Shown here: positions 29,501-39,713 of the stretch, piece after piece
Position numbering within the stretch: the first letter of the stretch is position 1
Layout of the letters: each line of letters opens with the position of its first letter
Source of the DNA: Yuukianura sp. NJ FZ-2021
Taxonomy: Eukaryota
Length of the DNA stretch: 64,000 bases
Assembly (NCBI GenBank): GCA_046563655.1
Contig: CM102283.1
Coordinates: forward strand, 7,316,001-7,380,000
Reading direction: 5' to 3'
Program-made: the position numbers and the translations under genes
The notes under the pieces: model-generated
Databases searched by the model: none
What the model saw: the letters and a program-made list of their open reading frames with translations, nothing else
Told to the model about the DNA's origin: nothing

Positions 29501-29914
29501 CTAGGTTAGTTTTAGTTTTAGTTAGCGTTAATTTCTAAAATATTCCAGTTAAAGAAAAAATAAAAAATTGAACATACTAAATATTCTTCTGGAATGTGTT
29601 CATTTTTCAAATTCTAATTGTCATGTTACGGTACTTTCAGTGTCGAGGTTAACGGTCATTTTATTATCAAAAATTCTCCATTTTTAATGTTTTCTTTTAG
29701 TTTCGACGTCGCCCAAACGGTTTGCATACAATGCACAACTCCGAAGGAATTTGTGCAACCATACAAACCATTTGTACATTTTCACACAAGTTGCACATTT
29801 GTGATAAAAAACAACGAATTTAAAACGTTTTATATCGTTATTAAGTGGGCCGGAGAAAATACAAACAAACAAATGGCGCTGGGCCGGTTTGGCAACGCTT
29901 ATCCGAAACCATCC
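26562..29914 (+). mobile_element. DNA transposon of the PIF/Harbinger-ISL2EU-Spy group, 3353 bp, Spy-like insertion signature
   Basis: Perfect 15-bp TIRs GGATGGTTTCGGATA (26562-26576) / TATCCGAAACCATCC (29900-29914) enclose the transposase. Flanks are AAA (26559-26561) and TTT (29915-29917), with no direct target duplication. Confidence 0.8.
27119..29253 (+). pseudogene. Intron-containing DDE_Tnp_4-type transposase with N-terminal Cys cluster, HTH and C-terminal SWIM-like zinc finger; apparent frame break near 27510-27590
   Basis: CGNC...CAKC N-terminus; HTH-like RNAVGMLMMQLRMNLTQKQLAFLF; catalytic-type residues in IFDCTY, IFDRGF and RWVVESANGRVK; YYCCCWTGARTLGTCSHVA. Downstream introns (27839-27944, 28336-28418, about 28840-28923) splice in frame, but the exon-2 frame stops at 27589 while the HTH lies in another frame. 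Confidence 0.75.
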
Positions 29915-30364
29915 TTTCCAAGAAAATTTCCGCCCCTAAATCCCTCGATTAGTTTTAGTAGAGCAAGCCCAAGCACACTAACCTATTGCCTTTCTAAATC
30001 AACTTGACCTTGACATCAACGAATCAACCAACTATGAACCTCACAATGATAAAAATGTATTGCCCTGTAATACACTACCATTTATTGTAAAGATCGAACT
30101 GGAACTTACTGATAAAACAGCTGGTTAGCCCGTTTCCGTTCTCCAACACTCCAGTGTATGCAAATGGAAAAGTGTATACAGGATTTTCAGCTGGCCAAAC
30201 CTGAAATTGAACAGCTTTCACATAACCGAATGACCTCGAATACCAAATCTTACAGAATCAGCAGTAAATTGTCAACTTACCTGTGGTTTAGAAAGTGAAG
30301 ATTTACTCCGTCCTCCTTCCCTTCACTTTTCCTCCCAACTCACCCCCACATGAACCATCGCAAT

Positions 30365-30621
30365 TCGACCAATGGGTCTGTCGTAAGGGTAATAGTAGAT
30401 GGTAGGGTAGTACTTTCACGCCAAACATTCTTTGGATCTATAAGCTTTGGAAACCACTGGTGTGAACTCCTTACGACTAATTAGTAAGGATTATTAGGTT
30501 TTATGTGTATGAGGAAGTGTTAATTAAAAATTTTATGCTTTGGTTGCAAAAGCTAGTTGGTCGAAAGGTTGTTTTGCGTGAAACTACTACCCTACCATCT
30601 ACTCTTATGATCATTGGTCGA
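30365..30621. mobile_element. Small palindromic MITE-like element
   Basis: Inverted repeats TCGACCAATG..TAATAGTAGATGGTAGGGTAGTACTTTCACGCCAAACA versus TGTTTTGCGTGAAACTACTACCCTACCATCTACTCTTA..CATTGGTCGA. TSD not resolved. Confidence 0.7.
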
Positions 30622-30740
30622 CATTAGGACAAGTGGCCAATTTATTGCCCTTCGTGTCCACCTTGACATATGACATGACCGTAACGTTTTGGTGCGTTTT
30701 CCCTCATGCTCCGTAAAAAGAGTTTTTAAAAGTCGAAAGT

Positions 30741-30775
30741 AAAGCTATTTACCGCTTTTTGCGGTAAATAGCTTT
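30741..30775. repeat. Perfect 15-bp-stem hairpin with T5 loop
   Basis: AAAGCTATTTACCGC-TTTTT-GCGGTAAATAGCTTT, inside an aaag(c)t-rich degenerate repeat region. Confidence 0.8.
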
Positions 30776-31899
30776 TTTGGTGTTTTTGCTTTTTATGCTT
30801 TATAAGCAAAAAGTTGCTGAAAAGTTGTTGAATGAATTTTAATTAGTTTCGTGTTATCGACTAAATTTCGTTACATTAAATGCTTATTGGTTATTTTTAG
30901 TTCATTTACAATTTTTGTTCAAAATTTAGTAAAATTAATTGCATTTTAATGATTAACTCAAGTCATTTTTGTTAATTAATAATCGTTCTAAGGTATGTGT
31001 AACGTCAATGAGGCATTACAACACAAAGAACATGCATCAATATGCTGTCCCGCATAGTTCGTGTTTTGCAACAAAAGCCCCCGTTCCAACACTTCCAAAT
31101 TTGAAGTATTCCCATCTCCTCTGTGTTGGCGAGCCAAATAGATGGAGGCAGACCCAACCCAGTTTGAGTGAGAGTGAGTGAACGAAAACTTGGTTGGGTC
31201 TCCTAACAAGTGAAGATTACTGAAGATGTTGAGCCAGCGCAGGTAACCTTGCAATTTTTAGAAGATCCAAAACTTTTCCTATTCCCACCCCACAGGATGA
31301 TCTTCCTATATCCAATATCCATTCACACACTCACTACTCACCAACCACTCACCCACTGGTTCCCACCCCTTCACAAGCCATAACCGGTTGACAACTTAAC
31401 GAAGTGACTCACCAATTGAAACAATTGAAACTATTTAACAACTTTTAGCTTAAAAGCTAAAAGGGAGCAAAGATTAAAATGACTAAACTCGTCTATTACG
31501 TAGTTCATCATGAAATGGAACGGAAGCATCAGCGCATCTCGATGGACCTGTCATCAGTCGCATTCAAGCATGAAAAATTCTGATGGTGATGCAGGACAAA
31601 ACGTGCTGGGAAGAGTGATTTTTAATTAGTTTTCCTGGACAAAAGAGGAAAAACTATAATTAAAATTTACATTATGTGGTTGAGTTGAGCCAATTAAAAG
31701 ATTTGTTTGTAGAAAGAATTTGCAGATTGATAGGTTAGCTTTACAAGATCCACTTTCAGATTTTAGGCATAGTGAAGCACCATACGCTAAGTTATCAGTG
31801 AAAATTCTATGCAATGAGAATATAGAGCCACCGTTTGACACAGTCCGTGTCATATTAACTACCGAATGCTTTTGGAATGGGACGTAAGGCTTCAGAAGT

Positions 31900-34800
31900 T
31901 CAGTTGTTGTCCTTGTTGAGCGTAACCATTCGAAGATATTTCTTTCCGGAAGGCATGTCGACTGAGTCAATTCCTTCGGGAAATACCGTAGGCACTTCTT
32001 CAGCAGTTACTCCGGGCAGAACCATGCAAGCACATCCAGGCTATGGAAATATAGAAAAGTTAATCAAGTTGGCACTTTTGGATTAAGTAGTTGTGTCGTA
32101 GAAGTTGTGTCAGCTTTACCTTCCAGTCCACAGGCGTTGCCACTCTGCGCTTAACAGTTAGTTGCAAAGAGTCAATGACCCGAAGAACCTCGTCGAAGTT
32201 CCGTCCAGTAGAAGTGGGGTAGATGATGGACGCTTTCAATTTTTTGTCGGGACCGATGAAGAACAAAGAACGGCAAGTAACTGGAATCCCGGCAGCATCC
32301 TTTTCATCCGGATCCAGCATTCCCAGCAAAGTAGCCAGCTCACGTTTCTCGTCAGCAATGATTGGAAATGGGAATTCGTTCCCTTGAAGACCCGTAGTGT
32401 ATGATTTGATGTCCTATGATTACATTATGTCATACCGGTAACAAAAAGCACAAAATGTTATTTAAGTAATTCAAAATGCGATTTACTTCAATCCAGCCTT
32501 TATGGGAGTCCACACTGTCGCAAGACAAAGCAATCATTTTCACTCCGCGTTCCGTAAATTTATCCGCCAGACTTCCGGCTCTTCCCAATTCAGTTGTACA
32601 CACAGGGGTGAAGTCCGCCGGATGAGAAAATATGATTCCCCATCTGAAAACAAGCAAGGTTTTTAAGGGGTGTATCAAGACAGCACCTCATCACCGTCAA
32701 ACCAGCACCTCAATTTCAGCACCGTCAAGACAGCACCTCATTTCAGCACCTCAGCTCTGTGCTAAAGGATACCCCACCGTCAAGACAGCACCTCAGCACC
32801 TCAATAATTTTTTAAAAAAGTGAGGTGTTTGGGTGCTGACTTGACGCATCCCCCCCGGTGCATCAAGTCAGCACCTCACTTCTAGCACCTCACTCCCAAT
32901 GTTAAACGGTGCACCATAAAAAATTCAATTTCAAATCTCGGATTTTTTTCCCATTTTTTTTCCAGAAAAACTTTATTGATCCAGGTTAGGCTAGGTTCTT
33001 TTTAAAAAAAAATGGACCCTCATTTCGAAAAAATATTTTGGTTTTTTAGTAGAATTTTGATTTAGTGGGAAAATTCTGAACATTTCTGAGGAGACACTAC
33101 ATCGACCCCTCATAACGAAAAGCAAAAAAAAATTCACCGAAAATCAAAAAATCTACCTCAAAAAAAATTTTTTCAACATTTTGAATGAAAAAATTTTGAT
33201 TTCCGGTCAATTTTTTTTCCTTTTTGTTATGAAGGGTCCACGTAGTGTGTGCACAAAAACTTTCAGAATTTTCAAATTTTCCCACTGAGTCAAAATTTTT
33301 CCAATATTTTATTTTATTTCTGGTGAAGATAAAATTTCCGTTTTTTTTTCGTATCATGGGTTAGTGTGGTAAGGTGTTGCTGGATGCTTAAACGTCCAGT
33401 GGCTTAATCGCAACTTCCAGTGGATATCCACTGGACGAAATGTGCCCCAAATGGTCGTAACTCTTAGTGGATGGAACAAATCAAAAATTTAACATGAAAT
33501 TTAAAAAAAAAATCCAAATTTAGAACTACAAAATAATAATAACAAAAAGTTTTTCATTCACCCTTAAAATTAATTATATATTGAAAACTTGCTTAAAAAC
33601 GTACCTCGTTTGTCCACCGTATTTTTATTTTTGTTAGTTTTTTTATATTATATTTATTCAAACCCGCGGGTAAAGCTCCTTAGGATTCATCCATTTCGTC
33701 CGATTCGTCCACTGGATATCCAGCCGTGGATGAACTGTCGAAAAAGTGGATATCCACCAACACTGGTTCGTTGGCCTTAATGCACATTGGCAATTGATCC
33801 CGGTTTTGACCCCCTCGGAGGGGTCACAAACTCATGGTCCATATACCATAGTTGATCAACTCAATGAGAGGAACAACTTTTGTTAGGGCAATTTTCCCGA
33901 TTTTATATTGAAAAGGTCAATTAACTTGACCTTTGACCCAGCAAAAGGTCATAAAACCGGATGATATTCAATAGTGACTAGATCCGAGTCGTGCCATGGT
34001 TGGTGGTAAAAATCCGATTGAAATTGTTCCACTAATTGCCGAGATAATTTTACTCATATTTTTCTTATTATAAATTCTTATTATAGACGGACATTAATCT
34101 TATTATAAAAACGGTTGTAAATCGGTGTACGTAAGTAGCGAAGAATGGCCCCACCCAGTGGCGGTGGTTCCTCCCACTATCCCGCCCCCCTCCGTGGGGA
34201 GTGAGGGTGGGCTCCCCCCCCCCCCCGGGGGAGTGGGCCCCACTTTCCAGCCAGGCGGAGTGGTGGTGGGTTTTACTTCCCCACAGCAGGATGTTGAAAT
34301 GAAAGATGTTGACCTTTGACCCGGATGGAGGTCACTTGGGGTCATGTGATGTAAATAAAAGTAGTTGGTCTCAATGAGACGAAGAACTTTTGTAGAGGTC
34401 ATTTTCTGTGTTTCCTGGGATGAAACCGGTTGACCTTGACCTTTGACCCGGAACGCATTGACCTACCCGGATGATATTCAATAGTGAACGTCTCCGGGTC
34501 ACTAGGTGTCCACCGGTGAAAACAGATCTCGGAAATGTTGAACCGTTTCCGAGATAATTGCCGTGTACGGCCGGCCAGACAGACGGACAATGTCGACACA
34601 TAAAGTAGCTTACCTACTTAATAAGCTTCAAGATACCGCCCAATAGTAAAACTAACCGCAATTGAATTTTTTATGATGCAACCTTAAACATTGGGAGTGA
34701 GGTGCTAGAAGTGAGGTGCTGACTTGATGCACCGGGGGGGATGCGTCAAGTCAGCACCCAAACACCTCACTTTTTTAAAAAATTATTGAGGTGCTGAGGT

Positions 34801-35066
34801 GCTGTCTTGACGGTGGGGTATCCTTTAACACAGAGCTGCGGTGCTGAAATGAGGTGCTGTCTTGACGGTGCTGAAATTGAGGTGCTGGTTTGACGGTGAT
34901 GAGGTGTTGTCTTGATGCACCCGTTTTTAAGTTAATTTGTGAATTACTACTAAATTCATTAACTCCATAATACTTACGAGTCTCCCAGCCATTCATGAAA
35001 CGATATTTCTCCGATCGTTGTGTTGGCTTTGAAGTTTGGAATAACGTCGCCAAGTCGAAATGCCAT
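31900..35066 (-). CDS. PRDX6: 1-Cys peroxiredoxin (peroxiredoxin-6), 4 exons
   Basis: Exons 35066-34978, 32643-32487, 32413-32120, 32040-31900. [37 protein letters not shown] (PVCTTE active site), [43 protein letters not shown]. Confidence 0.97.
32668..34922. mobile_element. Mutator/foldback-like non-autonomous element in PRDX6 intron 1
   Basis: TIRs of about 260 bp (32668-~32930 and ~34660-34922) starting GGGTG(T/C)ATCAAGAC and built of CAGCACCTCA subrepeats; 9-bp TSD GTTTTTAAG at 32659-32667 and 34923-34931; no transposase inside. Confidence 0.9.
33790..34635. repeat. TGACCTTTGACC-rich interspersed repeat with internal direct duplication, nested in the foldback element
   Basis: Segments ~33850-34050 and ~34361-34560 share CTCAATGAGA..AACTTTTGT, TTGACCTTTGACCC, CCGGATGATATTCAATAGTGA and CCGAGATAATT; a short CAGACAGACGGACA microsatellite follows. 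Confidence 0.6.
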
Positions 35067-35669
35067 GTTCGTAGCTCTCTTGTAGACTGTTCAAGTGCAA
35101 TTTGGTGGACGTGGTCCTAAAATACTTATCTTATCTGTCCAGTCTTCACGTGGATCTGCAAACGGCACACAAAAAAAACTTGTACGCGTGTCAAATCGAT
35201 CAACTTAAAACAGCTTCTGCGTTAATTAGCATTCTGGAAGCGACGTGGCACTCCATGATTGGTATTTTCGAATTCCGATAATTGGTTTAACGATTATTCT
35301 AAAGCTCAATAAACTTTACATTGGTTTTGATGAGGTATTTTCAATGGAAATGGAAAATCGGCTTCTTGTTCTCCCGTTCTTGGAGTTGGAAGTGGAACTA
35401 GTCTTATAGAAAGAGGATCGTGTGATAGTGATACGTGGTCGTCCTTCAGTCAATCTACTAGATATGATGCCAGGTCCTCCCACCGATTTTTCCTGATTCT
35501 TTTCCGCTTTGTCAATTAACTGTAATTATTAACTCGACAAGGACAACCGACCGCTAATTGGCTGGCGCTGGCAGTTTGGCCTTGGAGTGAGTTGAGGACG
35601 AGTGAGCGAGAATTTGGCTTCTGCTGGAATTTATGATTGGAGTACGGTTTACCGACCCTTCTTATGTCA

Positions 35670-35832
35670 TAGTGTCGCCACTGGGCAACTGGGTGGCTAC
35701 ATTATGCTTATGCAGCTACTTTTGTTGCCACCGCGGGTTAGATTTTTGTAAGCTAAAGGGGCTACAAATGTTGCCACTAGGTGTAGCATCTTATTGTAGC
35801 CACATGACATGGCCGAAGTGGCTACAGTGTGC
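35670..35832. repeat. Degenerate fragment of the 15398-16044 MITE family
   Basis: GGGTGGCTAC, GGCTACAAATGTTGCC, ATTGTAGCCAC and ATGGCCG..GGCTACA blocks occur in the same order as in the arm at 15894-16020. Confidence 0.6.
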
Positions 35833-36031
35833 CTTAATTTACTATGTTCGTAATCCTTATGTCAACCAAACACGTAGCTGGAGGGCTTGACATTAAAAAA
35901 CCGAAAATTCAATTTTGAATTTTGACATTTCCCGCTTTTCTCAAATGAATGAAAAAACAATACAGAAGAGGCAGAATCAGCTGCTTGTCAATTGAAAAAA
36001 AGGGGAACATACTCTGCTCTACTCTTCTGTC

Positions 36032-36567
36032 GGTTGAAGTAAACTTGGGCGGCCAGACTGTCCCCACCCGTTCAAATTTTCGCGCTGCTTCAATTGTACC
36101 CACCCAGTGTCCCCACCGGATGGATACATTTGTCCCCACCACAACCAAAAGCAGTACGTCCACCTAGCGGCAATACAGTAACCTCTGAATTCAAGCTGGC
36201 AACGTTCCCTTCCTTTTTGATTCGCTGAATCCTGTTATATTTTCCCGCGCCGAAGGCGCGGCGTTAGGTTTGGTTAAGCACGCAATCGTGATTACGTCTG
36301 TAGCTTTGGCTGACTGAGTTTCGCTATATTGATTCCATGTGCCATTGGTTGGTACAATGGAGCAATGGTACAACGTTGCCAGCTCGAATTCGCTAGTTCC
36401 ACTTCAGCCGCTAGGGGGACTCGGTGTCAGGCTGGTGGGTACAGATTTGTCCCCACCAAGTGGAGACATTTGTCCCCACCAGGTGGGGACAATGGGTGGG
36501 GACAATTGCAGCAGCGCGAAAATTTGAACGGGTGGGGACAGTCTGGCCGCTCAAGTTTACTTCGACC
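36032..36567. mobile_element. MITE with GG..CC ends and 8-bp TSD, related to 15398-16044
   Basis: TIRs GGTTGAAGTAAACTTGGGCGGCCAGACTGTCCCCACCCGTTCAAATTTTCGCGCTGC / reverse copy ending AAGTTTACTTCGACC; TSD CTTCTGTC at 36024-36031 and 36568-36575; shares internal TTTTCCCGCGCCGAAGGCGCGGCGTTAGGTT with the first MITE. Confidence 0.9.
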
Positions 36568-36708
36568 CTTCTGTCGCCACTTTATAACTTTTCTCCAGTA
36601 CTCTTTCCAGTTTCCGGGGAAGTATTTGGTTTCATCAACCTGTTCCAGGAGTAAGTCCCAGTCTCTTGTAAACAGCAAGAGTTTCGGAGTAAAAGGGAAT
36701 TCTCAACA

Positions 36709-38350
36709 ATGTCTGTCCTCGGCGAAAATGGAGCTGGTAAGTTTTTGGTCGATTTTAATAAGTTGTTCGTTGTAGTGCCGTTGTTACAGTTATACTGCCA
36801 AACGTCGAGCTGAATCAGTAGTAGTACTCCGCCGTAATGTCGTTTACACGTAGATGTATGCGATTTGTTTTTGGGTCCTTCGGCAAGTGCTGTTCTTGTA
36901 GAAAGTTTCATGACGGCATGAATAGTAAGATGACTGACAATTATCTTTATAAAAGCATGATGAACTCAATTTTTTTTAAACTTTTACCGCAGATTTGAAT
37001 TCTACCCAGCAATACGTTGTACCCAGAAAGGAAGTCCTGGCACCAGCCGACTTGCAGAAGTGGATTAAATCGGAAGCGTACTACGTAAGCAAAAACATCT
37101 TGGAAAGTTGACTTTGCAACTTATAGTGGAAGGAAGTACAATGTGATGGACTTACATGTATAATATTTGAATTGCAGGAATATGTCAGTTTCCTGGAGTG
37201 TTTGAATGATGCAGTCCGTGGAAAATCGCAATCTCATCCTATTGTCGCATCCGACACAATTTCAATCTTGCTTGGTGTTCTGGAGAAACTTAGCGTTTGG
37301 ATTGACGAGATTCCTCCAATTGAACAACCTCAGAGATTTGGCAACAAGGCCTTTCGGACATGGTACGCCCGTTTGGCGGAACATTGTGAGCCTCTCCTGA
37401 AGTCAGCCTTTCCTGACAAGTTTCACGCCGCGGTTCCGGAAATATCAATTTACTTGACTGAAGGCTTCGGAAACTCAACGAGAATAGATTACGGCACAGG
37501 TCACGAGATGTCATTTGTCATGTTTCTGTACTGCATCTTTCGAATTGGTGCTCTCGATGTCAACAACACAGATGACAAGATAGCTGCCGTAACTCAAGTA
37601 TTCACTTCTTACATGACACTCGTTCGGAAACTCCAAGTTGTTTACCGCATGGAACCTGCTGGCAGTCACGGAGCATGGAGTTTAGACGATTACCAATTCG
37701 TTCCTTTCATTTGGGGAAGCAGTCAACTTGTTGGTGAGTTTTCAGTAACACGACTTAGTACCAAAATTTAAATAAAAGCGCCCATTTCGCTTAAAAATAA
37801 TTTTGTTTTAGCACATCCGAAATTGGAGCCCCGTAATTTTACTGATGAGGGAGTGATTCGTGAGAACATGTCGGACTACATGTTCTTTGGATGCTTGGAG
37901 TACATAACTCGAATGAAAACTGGACCATTTCATGAGCATTCCAGTCAACTCTGGAACATAAGGTGAAAAAAAAAAGTTTATTAAAGCCTCAAAGCAACTT
38001 TAAGTACGCAGTTTCTGTAATATTTCTTGTTATATTTTAGTGGAGCTCAATCCTGGACAAAGGTCAACCAGGGACTCCTGAAAATGTACAAAGCTGAAGT
38101 ATTGGGCAAATTTCCGGTGATTCAACATACCTTCTTCGGCAGTATTTTCTCTCTGAAAGAAGCAGTGCCCAAAGCTCCTGGTTCATCAGGTCCAGGATTC
38201 AGACGGCCATTACCAAAGTTTCCGTCAGCCCCAGCACCACCCACGGCTGCAACGGAAGCGAAACCACAAGAACCCGTGTCAGCATCACAAGCAACTGCTA
38301 CAGCGCCGGTGCCAACTGCTTTGCCTTCGAAAACTACTGATCTCAACTAA
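36709..38350 (+). CDS. PTPA: Serine/threonine-protein phosphatase 2A activator (PTPA/PPP2R4), 5 exons
   Basis: Exons 36709-36736, 36993-37084, 37178-37733, 37812-37962, 38041-38350. [101 protein letters not shown]. Confidence 0.97.
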
Positions 38351-38532
38351 ACCCAGTCATCTCTTCCGTAACAACATCAACATTAAATCAATCATGAAAT
38401 TCTTCGTTTCTCTCAATCCTGTTGCCTTCATGAACCTTCTCTTTTATTTTCTGTAATTGACATAATTTAATTTTATAAGTTCGTTAATTTATAATTTTGT
38501 GCTCAACAGGTTAGTAAGTTTATCACTAATGT

Positions 38533-39713
38533 TCAAATTTTGAACACTTCACATTTTCCTGACAGCATTGTCAGTGCAAACACTGCTGCACCAGCCGCTG
38601 ACACTGCGATAACACTCCAAAGGAATCCCCAGCACTGAGCACTGCCACAAACTTCTTCAGCGAACATCACAGCATCAGACTTTCCCTGCGTGCTGTTGCT
38701 AATCCTCTTGCAAAGAACATCGTTGATGCAATCGTACAAGGCATGCAAAGTACAAATCGTCCCAACAACCAACATACAATATCGAATTGGATGTACTGGC
38801 ATTTCTTCAACCATTTCTTCCAGAACCCAAAGTCCTGCTGGAATACAAGCAAGCAACACGATCAAGATTCTCATCGTTAGTGAAAAGGCACAACGGAGAC
38901 CACAGATACGTTTTTCCTAAAAAGTAAGACAAGATATATAAAATTTATCAATTATAAACTGATTAATCAATTAACATGTACAGCAAAACCTCTCATTCGG
39001 AAACTTTTTTTAGTTCACGTGACTGTCGCATTCTGAAAAAAAAGTTAACTTTATAATAAGATGCCAACTTTACAGAAATAAGCTGTAGACACTTTGGCTG
39101 GTCCATTGTGCTCAGAAACGTTTTGGTGTCGCGAAAAACGTTTTGAACCAACGGACCAATCAGAGCGAGTTTCCAAATGAGAGGTTTTACTGTATGTATG
39201 CCTTACCTCGACTTTTAGGATAAGCGCCGTGACTAGACAGGAAATCATGAACACCACTGCGGCAATTTGTGTTGGCAACCTGTCCCATGTCATCAAAATG
39301 AAAAACGAACCCCAGACGACACTGCCAGTATAACCAGCAGACAGAATAATCCAGCGACTTCCGCCTCTGCTCAACGTTACTCCTCCATAGCTGTCGTTCA
39401 CTCTAATTCCAGAAACTTTTCCACAGGTAAGCCAAGTAGCACTGGCATGTGAAAATTCATGTAGAAAAACTGCAACTAATTTAATTGGGGCTAAAATTGC
39501 AGATCGCCACAGAAATCCCGTCACGATAATGGTCACTCCAATGACAATCAATCCCTCAAGCTGTCGATTGTTGCAGCAGCAAATGCCCTGCTTGTCCACC
39601 ACTTCGACTCCACCGAATTGAATCCGAAGTGCTTCTGCTGCCGGAGTATAATTGTGACTCTGATGCTCAAACTCACTGTGGCCATTGCTCGTCAAATTTT
39701 CGCCCGCCAACAT
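38533..39713 (-). CDS. Peptidase M50B-like multi-pass membrane metalloprotease, 2 exons (39713-39207, 38916-38533)
   Basis: LWRSAILAPIKLVAVFLHEFSHA (HExxH), LTCGKVSGIRV..GGVTLSRGG..WIILSAGYTGSVVWG, ALYDCINDVLCKRI..SDAVMFAE..C....WGFLW. The intron gag|gtaag...ttttag|gaa joins the exons in frame. Confidence 0.85.

Noticed and set aside
30969-31254. Possible BED-finger/hAT transposase remnant (KVTCAGSTSS..HL)
   Set aside because: Similarity too short and interrupted to support.
31500-31902. PRDX6 TGA as selenocysteine or readthrough codon
   Set aside because: The protein is already complete at the normal Prx6 C-terminus and no convincing SECIS was found downstream.
32680-32900. CAGCACCTCA short repeats resembling a CRISPR array
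   Set aside because: Repeats are about 10 bp with irregular non-unique spacers and are mirrored at 34690-34922 as a transposon TIR; eukaryotic context, no cas genes.
34103-34601. Pro/Gly-rich ORFs inside the foldback element
   Set aside because: They arise from G/C homopolymer runs in a non-coding repeat; no transposase motifs.
35909-36911. Several overlapping ORFs upstream of PTPA
   Set aside because: By-products of the GC-rich palindromic MITE; mirrored peptides appear on both strands.
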